Source of the DNA: the human T2T-CHM13v2.0 reference genome, Homo sapiens
Direction: 5' to 3' (one strand)
Assembly: GCF_009914755.1 (NCBI RefSeq)
Contig: NC_060938.1
DNA length: 64,000 nucleotides
Part shown: piece after piece, positions 11,957-29,507 of the stretch
Layout: each line of letters begins with the position of its first letter
Numbering within the stretch: position 1 is the first letter of the stretch
Program-made: the position numbers and the translations under genes
The notes under the pieces: model-generated
The model's database searches: none
Seen by the model: the letters and a program-made list of their open reading frames with translations, nothing else
Told to the model about the DNA's origin: nothing

Positions 11957-12037
11957 AATTAGTAGGGGACTGATTAGAAAAAAAAAGACACGTTTGTTCA
12001 GTGGAACACTATGCAGCAGTTAAAAATGAATGTGGTA

Positions 12038-12415
<378 letters not shown>

Positions 12416-13457
12416 CTATAGATTCCCTTTTCCCCAGCCCTTCAGAGCCAACCATTCCTTAGAGATTTGGATAACTGTCATTTAAACCTGCATCCTGGGA
12501 GCTTCAGGAAGCCCTGTGTCCTTCAAGCACATTTGAGCCTCCTTAGAGATCCTCTGAGTGTCTGTTGTCACCCTGGCAGTGAACTGTGGGATACAGCCTG
12601 CCCCATCCCCTCCAGCCAGCTCATCCGCCCCACTCCAGGCTGCTTTCTCTTCCCAGCCTGCTGCCCTGCTTGTCCATGCACAGGACTGACCAGGCTTTGG
12701 CCAGCTCTTGCTGGATGAAAATGGGTCTAACCTCAGAGAATTAGAACAAAGAGGAGAAGGACTGAAAACTCCTTACGGGATCAAAGAAATGTGACTTCGG
12801 CAATTTATTTAACCCCTCTAAACCTCTGATTCCTCATGTGTAAAATGGGAGTGATAGAAATAATATCTATTTCCCAAGGTTGTGAAGGAGTAGGGAGAAT
12901 ATGTGTACAACTGTTATGTTCTATGTCTCCAGTGTGCAGTATTTGTAAGGACACATTTCATCTACTATTCAGAATAGATGGCTTGGTCATCTGTGTCACT
13001 ATCATGACCTGAGCCTTCTGCTCCTGGGGGGTCCTTCCCTGATAAATCCACTACCCCCAGGGTCAGAATCAGCTGAAGGCATCAGGTCCTGATTGCAATT
13101 TCCTTCTGGAGAGGAACTTGGAGAATCTCACCAGCCTGCCATAGAGTAGGAATCTGGGTGGTTGCTGTCACTTGAGTCGCACTGGAACTCTGGGCTACTC
13201 CTGCACTGTCCTCCTCTCTTGCCTTGTTGACCGGTGGAGAGCTAGCTAGGCACCTCACTGCAGCCAGGGCTCCTGCTGGCTGCTGCAAGCCCTGTCCACC
13301 ATGGCCTCCATTTCTTCTGGACAATGAGGATGGGGGCGGGGTGGCCATGACTGCAGAATGTGCAGAATTCACATTCCTCCACTCCACCTCCCCCATCTGC
13401 GTGGCCTTGGCTGGGGGTTGCTGGTTGTAAGCACCAAGGCTTGAGTGTGTTCTTTAA

Positions 13458-13979
<522 letters not shown>

Positions 13980-14659
13980 TGAATTCTGGCCCATCACCCC
14001 CACACAATTACATACCTCCCAAGCCTCACCACATAATTGGTCACCCAATAAATAGTAACTATGGCTTGGGCATTGGGTCACACCCAATAAATAGTAACTG
14101 TGGTTGTTTGGTTCCCTGATTATCTGTCTGTGTCCTGAGGCCCCAACTCACAGTCTACAGTCTAGTCATTAGAATTCTTCTCCATCCTCATGAGGGAAGG
14201 CAACAGGGGCTGCAAGAAATTTTATTGATAATTGTAGACACCATCACAGTAAACACAAGGCCTCCATTAGAATCCACTTGACATGTTGCGTTGTCCCTGG
14301 ATGTCAACACGGTAATTAAACTGATTTGAAACTTCCGCTGCACAATGAGGTGGAACAAGAACCAATTTAATGGGCTGTAGGAACCGACTCTGAAATGATT
14401 AAAATATTCATCAGAGGAGGGAAGGGAAAGAAGAAAAAAAAAGAGTGAGGCGATTATTATTTTTTCACAGGCCCAGTGCCATTCAGTTGTGTGACTTGGC
14501 CCTGGTTTTCTTGGAGACTGGCTGGTCATGTGGAGGTGCGGCTGACAGGGAGCCCAGCCCTGCCTGCTGCGCCAGCAGGAGGCAAGCACACAGGAGGTTG
14601 GGGCTTCCATAGGCCACTAGCACATGTTTCACATGAATCCTTCCTCTCCTAGGAATGAT

Positions 14660-15010
14660 GGCCCCAATTCCACACCCCTCCTTGCATCCAAACCCTTGCC
14701 ATGGCCTAACTATAGGCAAAAATTTGACCTTGACCTTGGCTGTGTGACTTGCTTTAGCCGATGATGCCAATGGAGGTAATGGTGCATGGTTCTGAGCCTA
14801 AGAGGCCTCATGTTCTTCCATTTGCCCTCTTGCAAGGGAGCAGAGCAACCCCTGCCAACCCACAGGTCTGCAGCAAGAAGTAGAACCACCCAACAGAGCC
14901 CAGCCTAGACTGGTGGAGCCATCTAGCCAATGCACAGATTTCGTGGTAATGATTATTGTTACGTTATGCCACTAATGTGGGATTATTTCTTACATAGCAA
15001 AACTGATACA
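14660..15010 (+). mobile_element. Old MaLR LTR (MLT1-type)
   Basis: tgtgacttgctttagcc...ttatgccactaatgtgggattatttcttacatagcaaaactgataca end motif. Confidence 0.6.
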
Positions 15011-15179
15011 TAACCCCAACCTGGCTGCTGTGGTCTGCCCCACAGACTGATCCAAGTGACCACTGGAGGACCCTCATGCTCTCTGGGGTTTTCCTTTCCT
15101 CCTTCATGGGGTTGGTTGTTTATTCATGCTTGCCTACAGATCCAGAGAAGACTTTTCCAAATTTTTCCTTTTTAGCTGA

Positions 15180-15478
<299 letters not shown>

Positions 15479-16079
15479 AGGAATTCTTATTTGAAAGGAA
15501 ATCTCTTACATGCCCTCATATATATATAGTGGGTGTGACCGAGTTTACCAGTTTGGAGTACAAATATCAGGCAGAGAGGGACTGGGGTGGGAATATCTGA
15601 TCAGACACACATGGGACCTAGGTCTCCATTGTCATTGCTGCTAATGGTGCCTTGATGAAAACTAGTCCCACGCAGACCAGTGTGACCAGTGCCCTGCCCT
15701 GCTGTAATGATGCTCAACCTGGTCCAGACACCTGCACATAGGGGCACCAAGGCGACTGCCCTTTAAGTGTTACACTCACATATTTTGCTGTTGTTTCCTA
15801 AGGTTTCCACATGTGGGGAGCGCTTACAGCTTGAGCCACACATCATGAGCAAAGCAATCTCAAACCTCACCTGTGAACATACTGAATTAGTCTATATGAG
15901 CTCTTCCTTCTGATGGATACTCCCCTTGGGATCTCTGGTTCCTTTTGTTAACAGTGGAATTGAGTAATGACTATCATAAAGTTCTAATGTCAATTCACAT
16001 GTTTTTCTCTCATAATACTTAGAACCCCCAATTTCTAACTGGGTAGGTATAATGTTCAAAAGTTAAAAGTATGACTTTC

Positions 16080-16371
<292 letters not shown>

Positions 16372-16759
16372 AAAAGCATGACTTTCTTACTGAACACAGG
16401 TTGAAAACTTTATTCAACTCATTCATTAATGAGGGAAACAGTGAAATGGTAAGGCTGGTTCAAAGAGGATTAGAAGATGCAACAAAAAAAGCTACAGGCC
16501 AATATTCCTGGTGAACATCGCTGCAAAATTCTCAACAAAATACTAGCAAACTAAATTCAACAACATATTGAAAAGATCATTCACGATGATCAAGAGAGAT
16601 ACATCCCAGGGATGCAAGGATGGCTCAACATATGTGAATCACCAAACATGACACTTCACATCAATAGAATCAAGGACAAAAGCCATATGACCATTTCAGT
16701 AGGTACTAAAAAAGCATTTGACAAAATCCAACATCCCTTCATGATAAATATCCTCAACA

Positions 16760-17145
<386 letters not shown>

Positions 17146-17521
17146 TAAAAAAAATTTTTTTTAATCCTCAAAAAATTGGGTATAGAAGGAACATACTTCA
17201 ACATGATAAAGACCATATATGACAAGCCCACAGCTAATATACTGAATGGGGAAAAATTAAAAGCCTTTCCACTAAGATCTGGAACAAGACAAGATGCTCA
17301 CTTTTAGCACTTTTATTCAACATAGTACCAGAAGTCCTAGTCTGAGCAATAAGACAAGAGAAAGAAATAAACGGCATCCAATGAGAAAAGAGGAAGTCAA
17401 ATTAACCTTGTTTGCAGACAACATGATCTTAAGTTTAAAAAACCTAAAGAGTCTTAGAACTGATCAACAAATTTAGCAAAGTTGCATGATACAGAATCAA
17501 CATACAAAAATCAGTAATTCC

Positions 17522-17975
17522 TTTTTTTTTTTAACAGGGTCTTGCTCTGTTGCACAGGCTAGAGTGCACTGGTGCAAATACAGTTCACTGCATCCTCGAC
17601 CTCCCAGGCTCAGGTGATCCTCCCACTTCAGCCTCCAGAGTAGCTAGGATCACAGGAACATACCACCACAACCCCAGATTTTTTAAAAAATTATTTGTAG
17701 AGATGAGGTCTCCCTATGTTGCCCAGGCTAGTCTCAAACTTCTGGACTCAAGCAATCCTCCCACCTTGGCTTCCCAAAGTGCTGATATTACAGATGTGAG
17801 CCACCGTGCCTGGCCATCTTTTTTTTTTTTTAATAGAGATGGGATCTTGCTGTGTCAGTGGAGTACAGTGGTGTGATTATAGTTAGCTGAAGTTTCAAAT
17901 TCCTGGGCTCAAGTGATCCTCACTTCTTGGTCTCCCCAGTAGCTGGGACTACAGGTGTGTGCACCATGCTCAGCT
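17522..17975 (-). mobile_element. AluJ plus adjacent Alu monomer inside L1
   Basis: Two poly(T)-led reverse Alu segments (17522-17815, 17818-17975). Confidence 0.85.
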
Positions 17976-20075
17976 AAAAACATCGGTAGTGTTTCTATAC
18001 ACCAATAACAAACTAGCTTACAATAAGTCAAGAAATCAATCCCATTTACAATAGCTACAAAAATAAAAAATAAAATACCTAGGAATAAATTTAACCAAAG
18101 AAGTGAAAGATCTCTATAGGGAATACTGTAAAACACTGATGAAAGATATTGAAGAGAACACACATACAAATGCAAACATATCCTATGCTTATGGATTGAA
18201 AGAATTAATATTGTCAAAATGTCTCTCCTACCAAAAGCCATCTATATTTTCAATGCCCTCCCTACCAAAATACCAATGATGTTATTCACAGAAATAGAAA
18301 AAACAAACTTAAAATCCGTAGGGAACCACAAACACCCTGAATAGCTAAAGCAATCCTGAGCAAAAAGAAAAAAGCTAGAGGCATCACACTACCTCACTTC
18401 AAATTATACTACAAAACTGTAGTAACCAAAACAGCATGGCATTGGCATAAAAACAGACACAGAGAACAATGGAACAGAATAAAGAACTCAAAAATAAATC
18501 CAACCACTTACAGCCTACTGATTTTCAACAAAGGTGCCAAGAACACATATTGGGAAAAGGACAGTCTTTTAAATAAATGTGCTGGAGAAACTGAATATCC
18601 ACATACAGAAGAATGAAACCAGACCCCCCATCTCTCACCATTTACAAAAGTCAACTCAAAAGGGATTAAAGACTTAAATGTAAGACCTGAAACTTTGAAA
18701 CTACTAGAAAAAAACATAGGTGAAATGCTACAGAACATTGGTCTGAGCAAACATTTTTTGGAGAAGACCTCAAAAACACAGGGAACAAAAGGAAAAATAG
18801 GCAGGTGGGATTACAGTGAGCTAAAAAGGCCTCTGCACAGCAAAGGAAACAGTTAACAAAGTGAAGGGACAACCTACAGAATGGGAGAAAATGTTTTCAA
18901 ATGATCTATCCAACAAAGGGTTAATCACTAAACTATATAAGGAACTCAAGTCAATAGCAAAAAAATTGAATAATTTAATTTAAAAATGGGCAAAAGACCT
19001 GAATAGACATTTCTCAAAAGAAGACATACAAATGGCCAACAGACATATGAAAAAATGCTCAACATCCCTAACCATCAGAAAAATGCAAATCAAAGCCACA
19101 ATGAACTATTATCTCACCACAATTAAAAGGGCTATTAGCAAAAAGACAAAAGAAAAAAAAACATAATAAATGCTGGAGAGGATACAGAGAAATGCTCATA
19201 CACTGTTGGTGAGAATGTAAAGTAATACAGTCATTATGAAAAACAGTATTGAAGTTCTTCAAAAACACTAAAAATAAAATTACTATATGATCCAGGAATC
19301 CCATTGCTGGGTATATATCCAAAAGTAAGGATTTAAGTATATCAAAGATATATCTGTAGTCTCATGTTTATTGCAGCACTATTCACAATAGCCAAGACAT
19401 GGAATTAACCTAAGTGTCCATCAACAGATGAATGGATAAAGAAAATGTGGGACATGTACACAATAGAATATTACTCAGCCTTAAAAAATAATAAAATCTT
19501 GTCATTTCCAGCAATGTAGATGGAACTGGAGGTCATTTTGTTAACTGAAACAAGCCAGACACAGAAAGATATCACATGTTCTCACTCATATGTGGAAGCT
19601 AAAAAAAAAAAATGTGGATCGTACAAAGGTACAGATTAGAATGGTAATTACCACAGGCTGAGAAGGGAAGGAGGAATGGGGCATAAAGAGAAGTTGATTA
19701 ATGGGGACTAAAATACAATTAGATGGAAGAAATAAGTTCTTCTATTCAATAGCACAGTAGGGAAATTATAGTCAATGATTTATTGTATATTTCAAAATGG
19801 CTAGAAAAGATGAATTATAATATTCCCAACAGAAAAATGTTTGAAGTGATGGATATTCCAATTACCTGTATTTGATCATTGCACATTGTATGCATGTATC
19901 AAAATATTACATGTACCCCCAAAACATGTATAACTATGATATATCAATAAAAAATAAAATATAATTTAAAATTTTAAAAATAACAATAAAAAACTCTTTC
20001 TAATGGAAATTGCTATAGGAAACATGTTAATGAGAATAATAGCTTGAATTGAGAAGAAAACATTATTAAAACTAG

Positions 20076-20387
<312 letters not shown>

Positions 20388-22112
20388 GAGCTGCATAGCT
20401 GGAAAGAAAATTTTAAAAGCCATAAACAAACAAAAAGCATTTGAAGCATTGGAGTTTATACAGTCCTATTAAAGAAAGAATATTGGATACATAGGTTAGA
20501 TACAAAACTGGTTAACATGCTACAGGGCAATTAACCCTAATCTTTGAGGTTATCTTTTCTACTGGATGGGAATCATTTGCATCTACACAATTCTGCAGGC
20601 TAACATGTAACTTCAGAGTTTGAGCCCTCAGTTAATAGTAAACAGGATAGTCAAACAATATAGTACATTCTCCCAGAAGATTAATAATTGTTAGGCAAGC
20701 CTGTTAATATTTCAGCACAACATTGAAAGGACATACAAATATCTTCTTGGCCTTATTTCCAGGCTTTGGATAGTTTTCCTTATTATATGTCAGGTCACCC
20801 TTAACAGCCATAGCAGCTTGTCAAGGGCACAGCCCAGGGATACCGAACAGATCCTTCAGTGTCAGGCAGGTGGGGAGAAGGTGCTGAACGCGGAGGTAGA
20901 ACACCAAGGGAAAAGGGCCACACTTTCTAGTTCTCTATATAGGAAGACCAGTTCCTGGTTAATCAGATAGTCTGCCTGCCTGCCCGCCTGGCTGCTTCCT
21001 AGGTACCCACAGTTCTCCAAAAACAGGCCCCAAGGAATGTAACCCCTTCTCTGAACTCTATTGCTCTGTCTTTTGCTCATGGCCCTTTCTGCCTGTGACC
21101 TCTGGATATTTTAGAATGCACAAATGTGTTGTCATTTTCAGAGTATTTGCTTTTCTTTCACTTCCTGTAGCCTCTACTATGTCCACCAAGTGTGTAGCAC
21201 ACAGCAGATGCTAACGGGCACGGTGCACTGCACATCTCTTTCCTTATCAAAGGCACATACGGACCCTCCATTCTTCAGACATGCGCTCAACATCCCCCTT
21301 CTACATTTCCTCCCACATAGACTGTGATCTCTCTCTCCGCTCATCTCCACCCACTATGATCCTACCCACACTTTCAGACACAGCTCTGATGCCACCCTCT
21401 CCAAGGGAGTTTCTTCTCCCTACTGGCATGTGTCTCCCTATTCCTAAGCAGTTTTTCTCTGTATTGGGGCCTCCTTTTTACCCTGCCATGGCCCACGGGT
21501 ATTTACACTTCACATTGCCCAGGGTAGTGGGCTCCCAAAGACAAGAACCTGGTCTTCATCACCTCTGTCTGTGTCCAAGGCACCTAGTGATGCTAAGCAC
21601 ATGTTCTCTGGCTCAGGCAATGGCAAAGTGAGCTCAGGGGTGGCTTTTTCTGCCTTCAGCAGCAAATTCTGTCTTGTTTGCTGTTGGCAGCACTTCAGGG
21701 CCCATCACCTGCAGGAGTCAGACCTCAAAGGTGCTGAGCAGGGGACATATGGCGCTTGTCCTCTCCCGACTAAGGGAGTCCTTGGTGAATGGCTGATCTC
21801 AGCTGGAGCATGTCCCTTTCTGCTTAATCAGCTGTTCCTTACATTCTCTGCTGGTGGGAGGCGGGGTGGGGGGTGAGAGGGGGGTGGTAAGTGAGGCAGC
21901 TGCTGCCTTTGCTATGGCTATGATTCTGACCTGCAGCCACTGCAGGATCTGGAGCCGGGACCTGATGTCGAGGCCTAGAGTCCCTCAGTGCACACCCAGA
22001 GAGCCCAGTGGGTCGCATGAGCTTCTGCTGGGAAAAGGCCTGGCCTTTCCTGTGCAGGTGGATGCTCCAGGAGAAGGAGCAGAAGCTTCATAGCGGCAGA
22101 GAAACTCTAGAT

Positions 22113-22281
22113 GCAAGCTGCTCAACTTGTGGTCCACGAACCACCAGCAAGGACACCAACACATGAAGCTTATTAGACACACAGAATCCAGGGTGTCATC
22201 CCAACCTCCGGAATCAGAACCTGCATTTTAGGGAGAGCTTCTAAGTCATGCGTATGCACATTAAAGTGTTAGAATCACTGG
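22113..22281. mobile_element. MER5A hAT DNA transposon
   Basis: gtggtccacgaaccaccagca...gaatcagaacctgcatttt...tatgcacattaaagtg..agaatcactg. Confidence 0.75.
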
Positions 22282-23034
22282 TCAGTTAATAGCCAGGCTC
22301 ATTTGTAAGTGTCCAGCCCTACTGCTGCAAACCAGTATATGAATTTGCAACAGCTACAATTAAGCACATCGTTAATTCAACCTGGAATGCTCTAAGGCAA
22401 TATAGCTGAGAGTTGGATGGTGTTTGATTGTTTTATAGCAAGAGACCAGAAATGCTCAAATGCTGCCTTATTTTTCACACACACAAAGTGACAAGTACAG
22501 AGTAGGAATGAATATACCATTTTATTAATAGCTGAGCCAGAACCCAGTAACCTCTTTGCAGAATGGTGGTAAAAGCTGGGTGGGCGTCCACAAGCCATAC
22601 AGCCTCATCCTACACCTGAATCTCAGTCTCAGGCTGCATGGAAAAAGGAACCTGAGGGCAGAGCTCCCTGCCAGGGCTTGCCCTTGGGCTGACTCTCAGT
22701 CACCCTCCCTCACAGGCACAGCGATAGTGGGGAGAGACAGGCAGGAATGTGGGACTGAGCATGCGATGATCCTGCTCACCAGTAAAGGGAGAAGATGAAT
22801 GTCTGGAAACTCTGACCAATCTGATAAGCAATGCCTTCTCCCTCAGGGCCACCAGGAAGGCCCAGCCAGAGGCAGCCCCGGCACAGCTGCAACAGGGAGG
22901 GTGTGGCAGTAGAAATCGGCTTCATAGGTCTTTCATGGCCGCAGCCCCTGTGCTGGCTGAATGCTGAGTCCTCAGTGGACATCTTGTCCTTATCTACTCA
23001 CGTGTCCCTAAACACTTGCTTTTGAGATACTTTC

Positions 23035-23290
23035 CTTTTTTTAAATTGCTTTATTGAGGGAAATGTACATACTATAAAATTCACCCATTTTAAGTGCACA
23101 GTTTAGTGACTGTATCTATGATTGCTGATACAGTTTATTGTCAGGGTTGTGCAACATCCCCACCACCTAATTTCAGAACATTCCCATTACTCCAGGAAGG
23201 AACCGCATGCCCACTTCCTGTCACTGCCCCCTGAACCCCAACTCCCGGCAACTACAGATCCACTTTCTGTGTCTCTAGGCTGGACTTTCC
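23035..23290 (-). mobile_element. L1M 3' end fragment
   Basis: ttattgagg...ataaaattcacccattttaagtg motif. Confidence 0.75.
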
Positions 23291-24160
23291 TGAGTGTCCA
23301 GACGCTTTGGCGTTCAGGAACTTTCCTTATCTCGATTTCCTTATCCCTCTCATCTGCCGGTGTTTTCTCCTGTCAGGGGAAGGAGTGATTTAGAAATGCC
23401 GGGAAGTAGCACAGTGCCTGGCACATGGTAGTCACGCAATACATACTTTAGACTGATAAAAACCCGGGCTGCCATTTTAAGAGTATTTGCGTCTTGTAAG
23501 GGTGGAAAGGGGTGATCTCAAATGAATGAGCCCTTTAATGGGAGTATTTCAGACCCCGTAGCTCTCACAAACCCACACCACTGGGAAGAGTTTCCCCTGC
23601 CATGGGTGAGACTGGCATGCTCCTTGACTCTGAGGATGTCATGTCTTTTAGAACAAGGTGCTCCCTGTCCACAAAGTCTTCAGATTCAGAACCATTTCAC
23701 CCCCAATCCCTGACTCCTTGCTTATCAGCACCTGCCCTGCCCTTTGACTCCCGGGGTCAACAGAGTCTCTCTCGCACTCTACAGGTTCCCACTTCTCCAG
23801 GATTTTGAGTCTGAGTTCCTGCCCATTTTCCCCAGCCTGCCAGGCCCTCTGATGTGGAATTTTATTGTGCAGATTGCCTGGCAAATCTTCCAGCCCTTTT
23901 CCAGGAACCCTCCTTCTTTTGGGCAGCACTTACCTTCCTGCAACAGTTATTAAGTAACTGTCTTTCTGCTTCAAATTAACCTGCTCTATCCTGCTCTGGG
24001 AGGTGGAGGCTGGAACTTCATGAGCAAATTTCTGCTTTCCCAGCTGCAAAGCTTTTCCTGCTGAGGCTCTGCACATAGGGGGCATTAGAGAGACGCAGAA
24101 AGGCAAGAGAAGGTGAAGGAATTTGCTGCTGCTTAGGGTTTTCTGTCTACTTGTGTTCTG

Positions 24161-24505
24161 AATTTTATTTTAAGCTCTATTGAGGTATAATTTACATACT
24201 GTAAATTCACTCCTTCTAAGCTTCTTAGTGTACCATTTAATAATGTTAGTATACTGACAGAGCTGTGCAACCATAGCTACAATCAGATCTTACACTATTT
24301 TCATCACTCCCTAAAGTAACTCTGTGCCAGCCTCATCCCCACCCTAGGTGACCATTAATCTACTTTCTGTCTCTGCAGTTTTGATTTTTCTGGACACTTC
24401 ATTTAAATGGAAGCATACACTTCACTTGGTGTCCTGTTGCATATGACTTCTTTTACTTAGTGTGATATTTGTGAGGTCTATCTGTGTACTAGTATCAGTA
24501 TTCTG
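24161..24505 (-). mobile_element. L1M 3' fragment (resumes briefly at ~26145-26200)
   Basis: tattgaggtataatttacatactgtaaattcac motif. Confidence 0.75.
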
Positions 24506-24509
24506 TTCC

Positions 24510-26144
<1,635 letters not shown>

Positions 26145-28024
26145 CCCTTTTGGTTGTTGAATCATGGTCCATTGTATGGATGTAGCAGGTTTGTTTGACC
26201 CTCTGCGATAGTGCAGTCCTATGGCGGCAACTGAATTCAATTTGCAGTTTTCCTACCTCTTGTTGAATCAGCTTTATTGCATTCCCGTCAGAGATACGAA
26301 CCAGCTGGCGCCTCTGGCACCTCTTTCTCAAAAACCTGGGTCCCCTCCTTTAAATTTCTAACTTTTAACTATTCCAACCTCTTCCCTTTTTCCCTCCAGC
26401 CCTGGGGTTAGCAGCTGTCTCAGGCAGCTGTTAACTCTGCCACCCATTCGAGTTCTCTTTTTACCTTTTCAGTCACTCGATTCACTATTTTACATATAAT
26501 TCGAGATTCTTTATATTAGGCTTTCTGTGTTTAAATAACTACAGTGGTTTCTGTCCCTGGACTGTCCTAATGCTAGCCTGTGTTCTGAATTGAGCAAACA
26601 ACTTCCATGACACTGCTGCCCTGGACCTGATTGGTTTAGAAGAGAGCATGTGAGTCAAGATGGACCAATCAGTGTCCTTCCTGGATTTTTTTTTTTTTTT
26701 TAAATGAAGCTTGGCAAGAGGAGGGAGGTGAGTAGTGCCTTTTCCCTCTCTGTTGGTGAAGCTGGGGTAATAGTGGATCTGGGAGCTGTCTGTGCCACGG
26801 TTCCAGCTGCCCAGGGGAAGGAGCCTTGAGAGCAAGGAGGGAAAACAAGAAACCCACAGGGGGTTTCTTCACAATACTGGAGTGCGGGTTCTGGTGGGTG
26901 GTCCCTGGAAGCCCCAACTCTGCCTTCCTGAGGTCTGGATGTGTGAGCTAATCTCTCTGTCTTCCTAATAAATGTCACATCCCTCACCCCACCCCATCCC
27001 AACTTAGCTGAGTTGGGTTTCTATCACTTGCAACCCAAGTATGCGAAATAACACACTGAGTATTGGATTTCTTACCCCTGGATTTGTTTCTCCATAACTT
27101 ACATTTCTCCAAAGCCAGTTGACTGCCCACTGCTCTTTCTGGTCTATGTCCAGATGATAGAGGCCCACTGGGGCAAGGACTGAGTCAATGCCACAGGTAT
27201 TTGAGCCCTAGAGTAAACCATGTGACCTGGTAGATAGGGGCGGTCTCTCATCCTGGCTGGTGGCTGGTACAAAGGGGGTGGCTGGCATGAGGAATCTCAT
27301 CATTGGCTGGTGCAAGGGATCAAGTTGGAGCACAAGATCCAGTTTCCATCTTTAACCAGAGAGGCAGCGTGCAGCCCTGCAGGGGAGCCAGTGACATCGC
27401 CATGCAGCTAGGAAAGCTCTGTGGGAGGAACTCCTTTCCCTTGGGGGCTGCTGCTGTGCACACTCTGCTCTGATTGGCTCTGCACAAATCAGCGAGCCCT
27501 AATATGTCAATCTTTGCTATGATTAGTGCATCAGCTGGCACTGCTACCGCCACCCACCCATTGATCTGTAGGTTTTTACAGAGATGCAAATTAGGCAACC
27601 CAATGTGGTGGCCCTCTCCAGGAGGTGAGCGGCTCTTGTGTGCTATCTGTTGACAAGGGGCTGTGGCCAGAACTGGGAATTAGAGTCGTAATTCATATAT
27701 TCATACACTCTCCGGTGCATTGCCAACTGCAGTGTCTCTCCTCTCTGGTACCTAATAATAACTGAGTTGCCATGCACTGAACACTTACCACCTGCTAGGG
27801 ACTGTGCTAAGCATTTTCCTTGCATTTTAATCTTCACAACCCTGCGAGAGAGATAACCTTTTTAAAAATAAACTTTTAAATTTTAGAATAGCTTTAGATT
27901 TATAGAGCTATTACACAGATAGGTAGAGAGTTCCTATATGCCTCACACTCAGTTTCCTGTGTTATTAACATGTTAGTATGGTACATCTTTCACAATTGAT
28001 GATTCAGTATTGATACTTTATTGG

Positions 28025-28622
28025 TTTTGTTTTGGTTTTTGGTTTTTCTTGAGACGGAGTCTTACTCTGTCGCCCAGGATGGAGTGAAGTGGTGCAATCT
28101 CAGCTCACTACAACCTCTGCCTCCCGGCTCAAGTGATTCTCTTGCCTCAGCCTCCTGAGTAGCTGGGATTACAGGCGCATGTCACCATGCCTGGCTAATT
28201 TTTGTATTTTTAGTAGAGACAGGTTTTCACCATGTTGGCCAGGCTGGTCTTGAACTCCCAACCTCCTCTGCTCACCTCGTCCCCCCAAAGTGCTGGGATT
28301 ACACGCGTGAGCCCCCAGCCCGGCCTTGTTTGTTTTGTTTTGTTTGAGACAAGGTCTCACTCTGTCACCCAGGCTGGAGTGCAGTGGCACAATCACGGGT
28401 TACTCCACCTCCCAGGCTAAGAGATCCTCCTGCCTCAGCCTTCGGAGTAGCTGAGAATACAGGTGCACACCACCATGCCCAGATAATTTTTTTTTTTTTT
28501 TTGGAAAGGCTGGGTCCCACTATGTTTCCCAGGCTGGTCTCGAAGTCCTGGGCTCAAGCGGTCCTTTCACCTCAGCTTCCCAAAGTGTTGGGATTACAGG
28601 TGTGAGCCACCACGCCTTGCCA
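28025..28622 (-). mobile_element. Tandem AluS (28025-28325) and AluJ (28326-28622)
   Basis: Two reverse Alu dimers with (GTTTT)n-type tails. Confidence 0.9.
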
Positions 28623-29128
28623 ACATTTTTTTAACTAAAGTCCATACTTCATTCAGATTTCCTCCGTTTTTATATAATGTCCTTTTTCTGCTTCAGGATC
28701 CCATCTAAGATATTGCATTATATTTAAGCTCCTCTTGGCTGTGACAATTTCTCATACTTTCCTTATTTTGGGTGACCTCGACAGTTTGGAGGAGTACTGA
28801 TCAGGATATTTTGTAGAATATCCCTTAATTGTAACTTGACTGTTATTTTTCTTGTGACTAGTTCGTGTATTTTTTAGGAAGGAGACCGCAGAGGTGAAAT
28901 GCCATTTCCATCACGTCATATCAAGGGTACTTACTATTAAAACAGCGTATCACTGTTGATGTTGACCTTGACCACCTGGCTGAGGGAGCGTTTGTCAGAT
29001 TTCTTCACTGTAATGTTTCTCTTTTCTAAAACCCCTTTCCATACTGACTCTTTGGAAGAAAGGGATTGTGTGCAGCCCGCCCTTAGGAAGCAGGGAGGTA
29101 AGCTCCACCTCTTTAAGAGCAGAGTATC

Positions 29129-29334
29129 GCCCCTTCCCTGAGGTGCTCTGGGGAATGGGGGGCAAGGGGAGGGAGAGCATTAGGACACATACCTAATGCA
29201 TGTATGCATGTGGGGCTTCAAATCTAGATGACAGGTTGATGGGTGCAGCAAACCACCACAGCACATGTATACTTATGTAACAAACCTGCACGTTCTGCAC
29301 ATGTATTCCAGAACTTAAAGTATAATAATTTAAA
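29129..29334 (+). mobile_element. Short 5'-truncated L1PA 3' end
   Basis: L1PA terminus (...ccagaacttaaagtataat). Perfect 14-bp TSD aagagcagagtatc (29115-29128 / 29335-29348). Confidence 0.9.
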
Positions 29335-29507
29335 AAGAGCAGAGTATCTATAGAAAATTACTTGGAATTCTCATGCATGGAAGATTTGTCCCTTCTCACC
29401 CATGTATTTATTCACCCAATCACTTACGTATGTCAATATGGGCTCATGGATATGTATTTTGTACTTTGGGTTATAATCGAATACTACTTTATTACTTTGT
29501 TCCTTAA

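Noticed and set aside
20390-20960. Unique-looking AT-rich block, apparently continuous with 16390-16480, possibly an old LTR or UTR relic
   Set aside because: I could not assign a family or boundaries without a database search.
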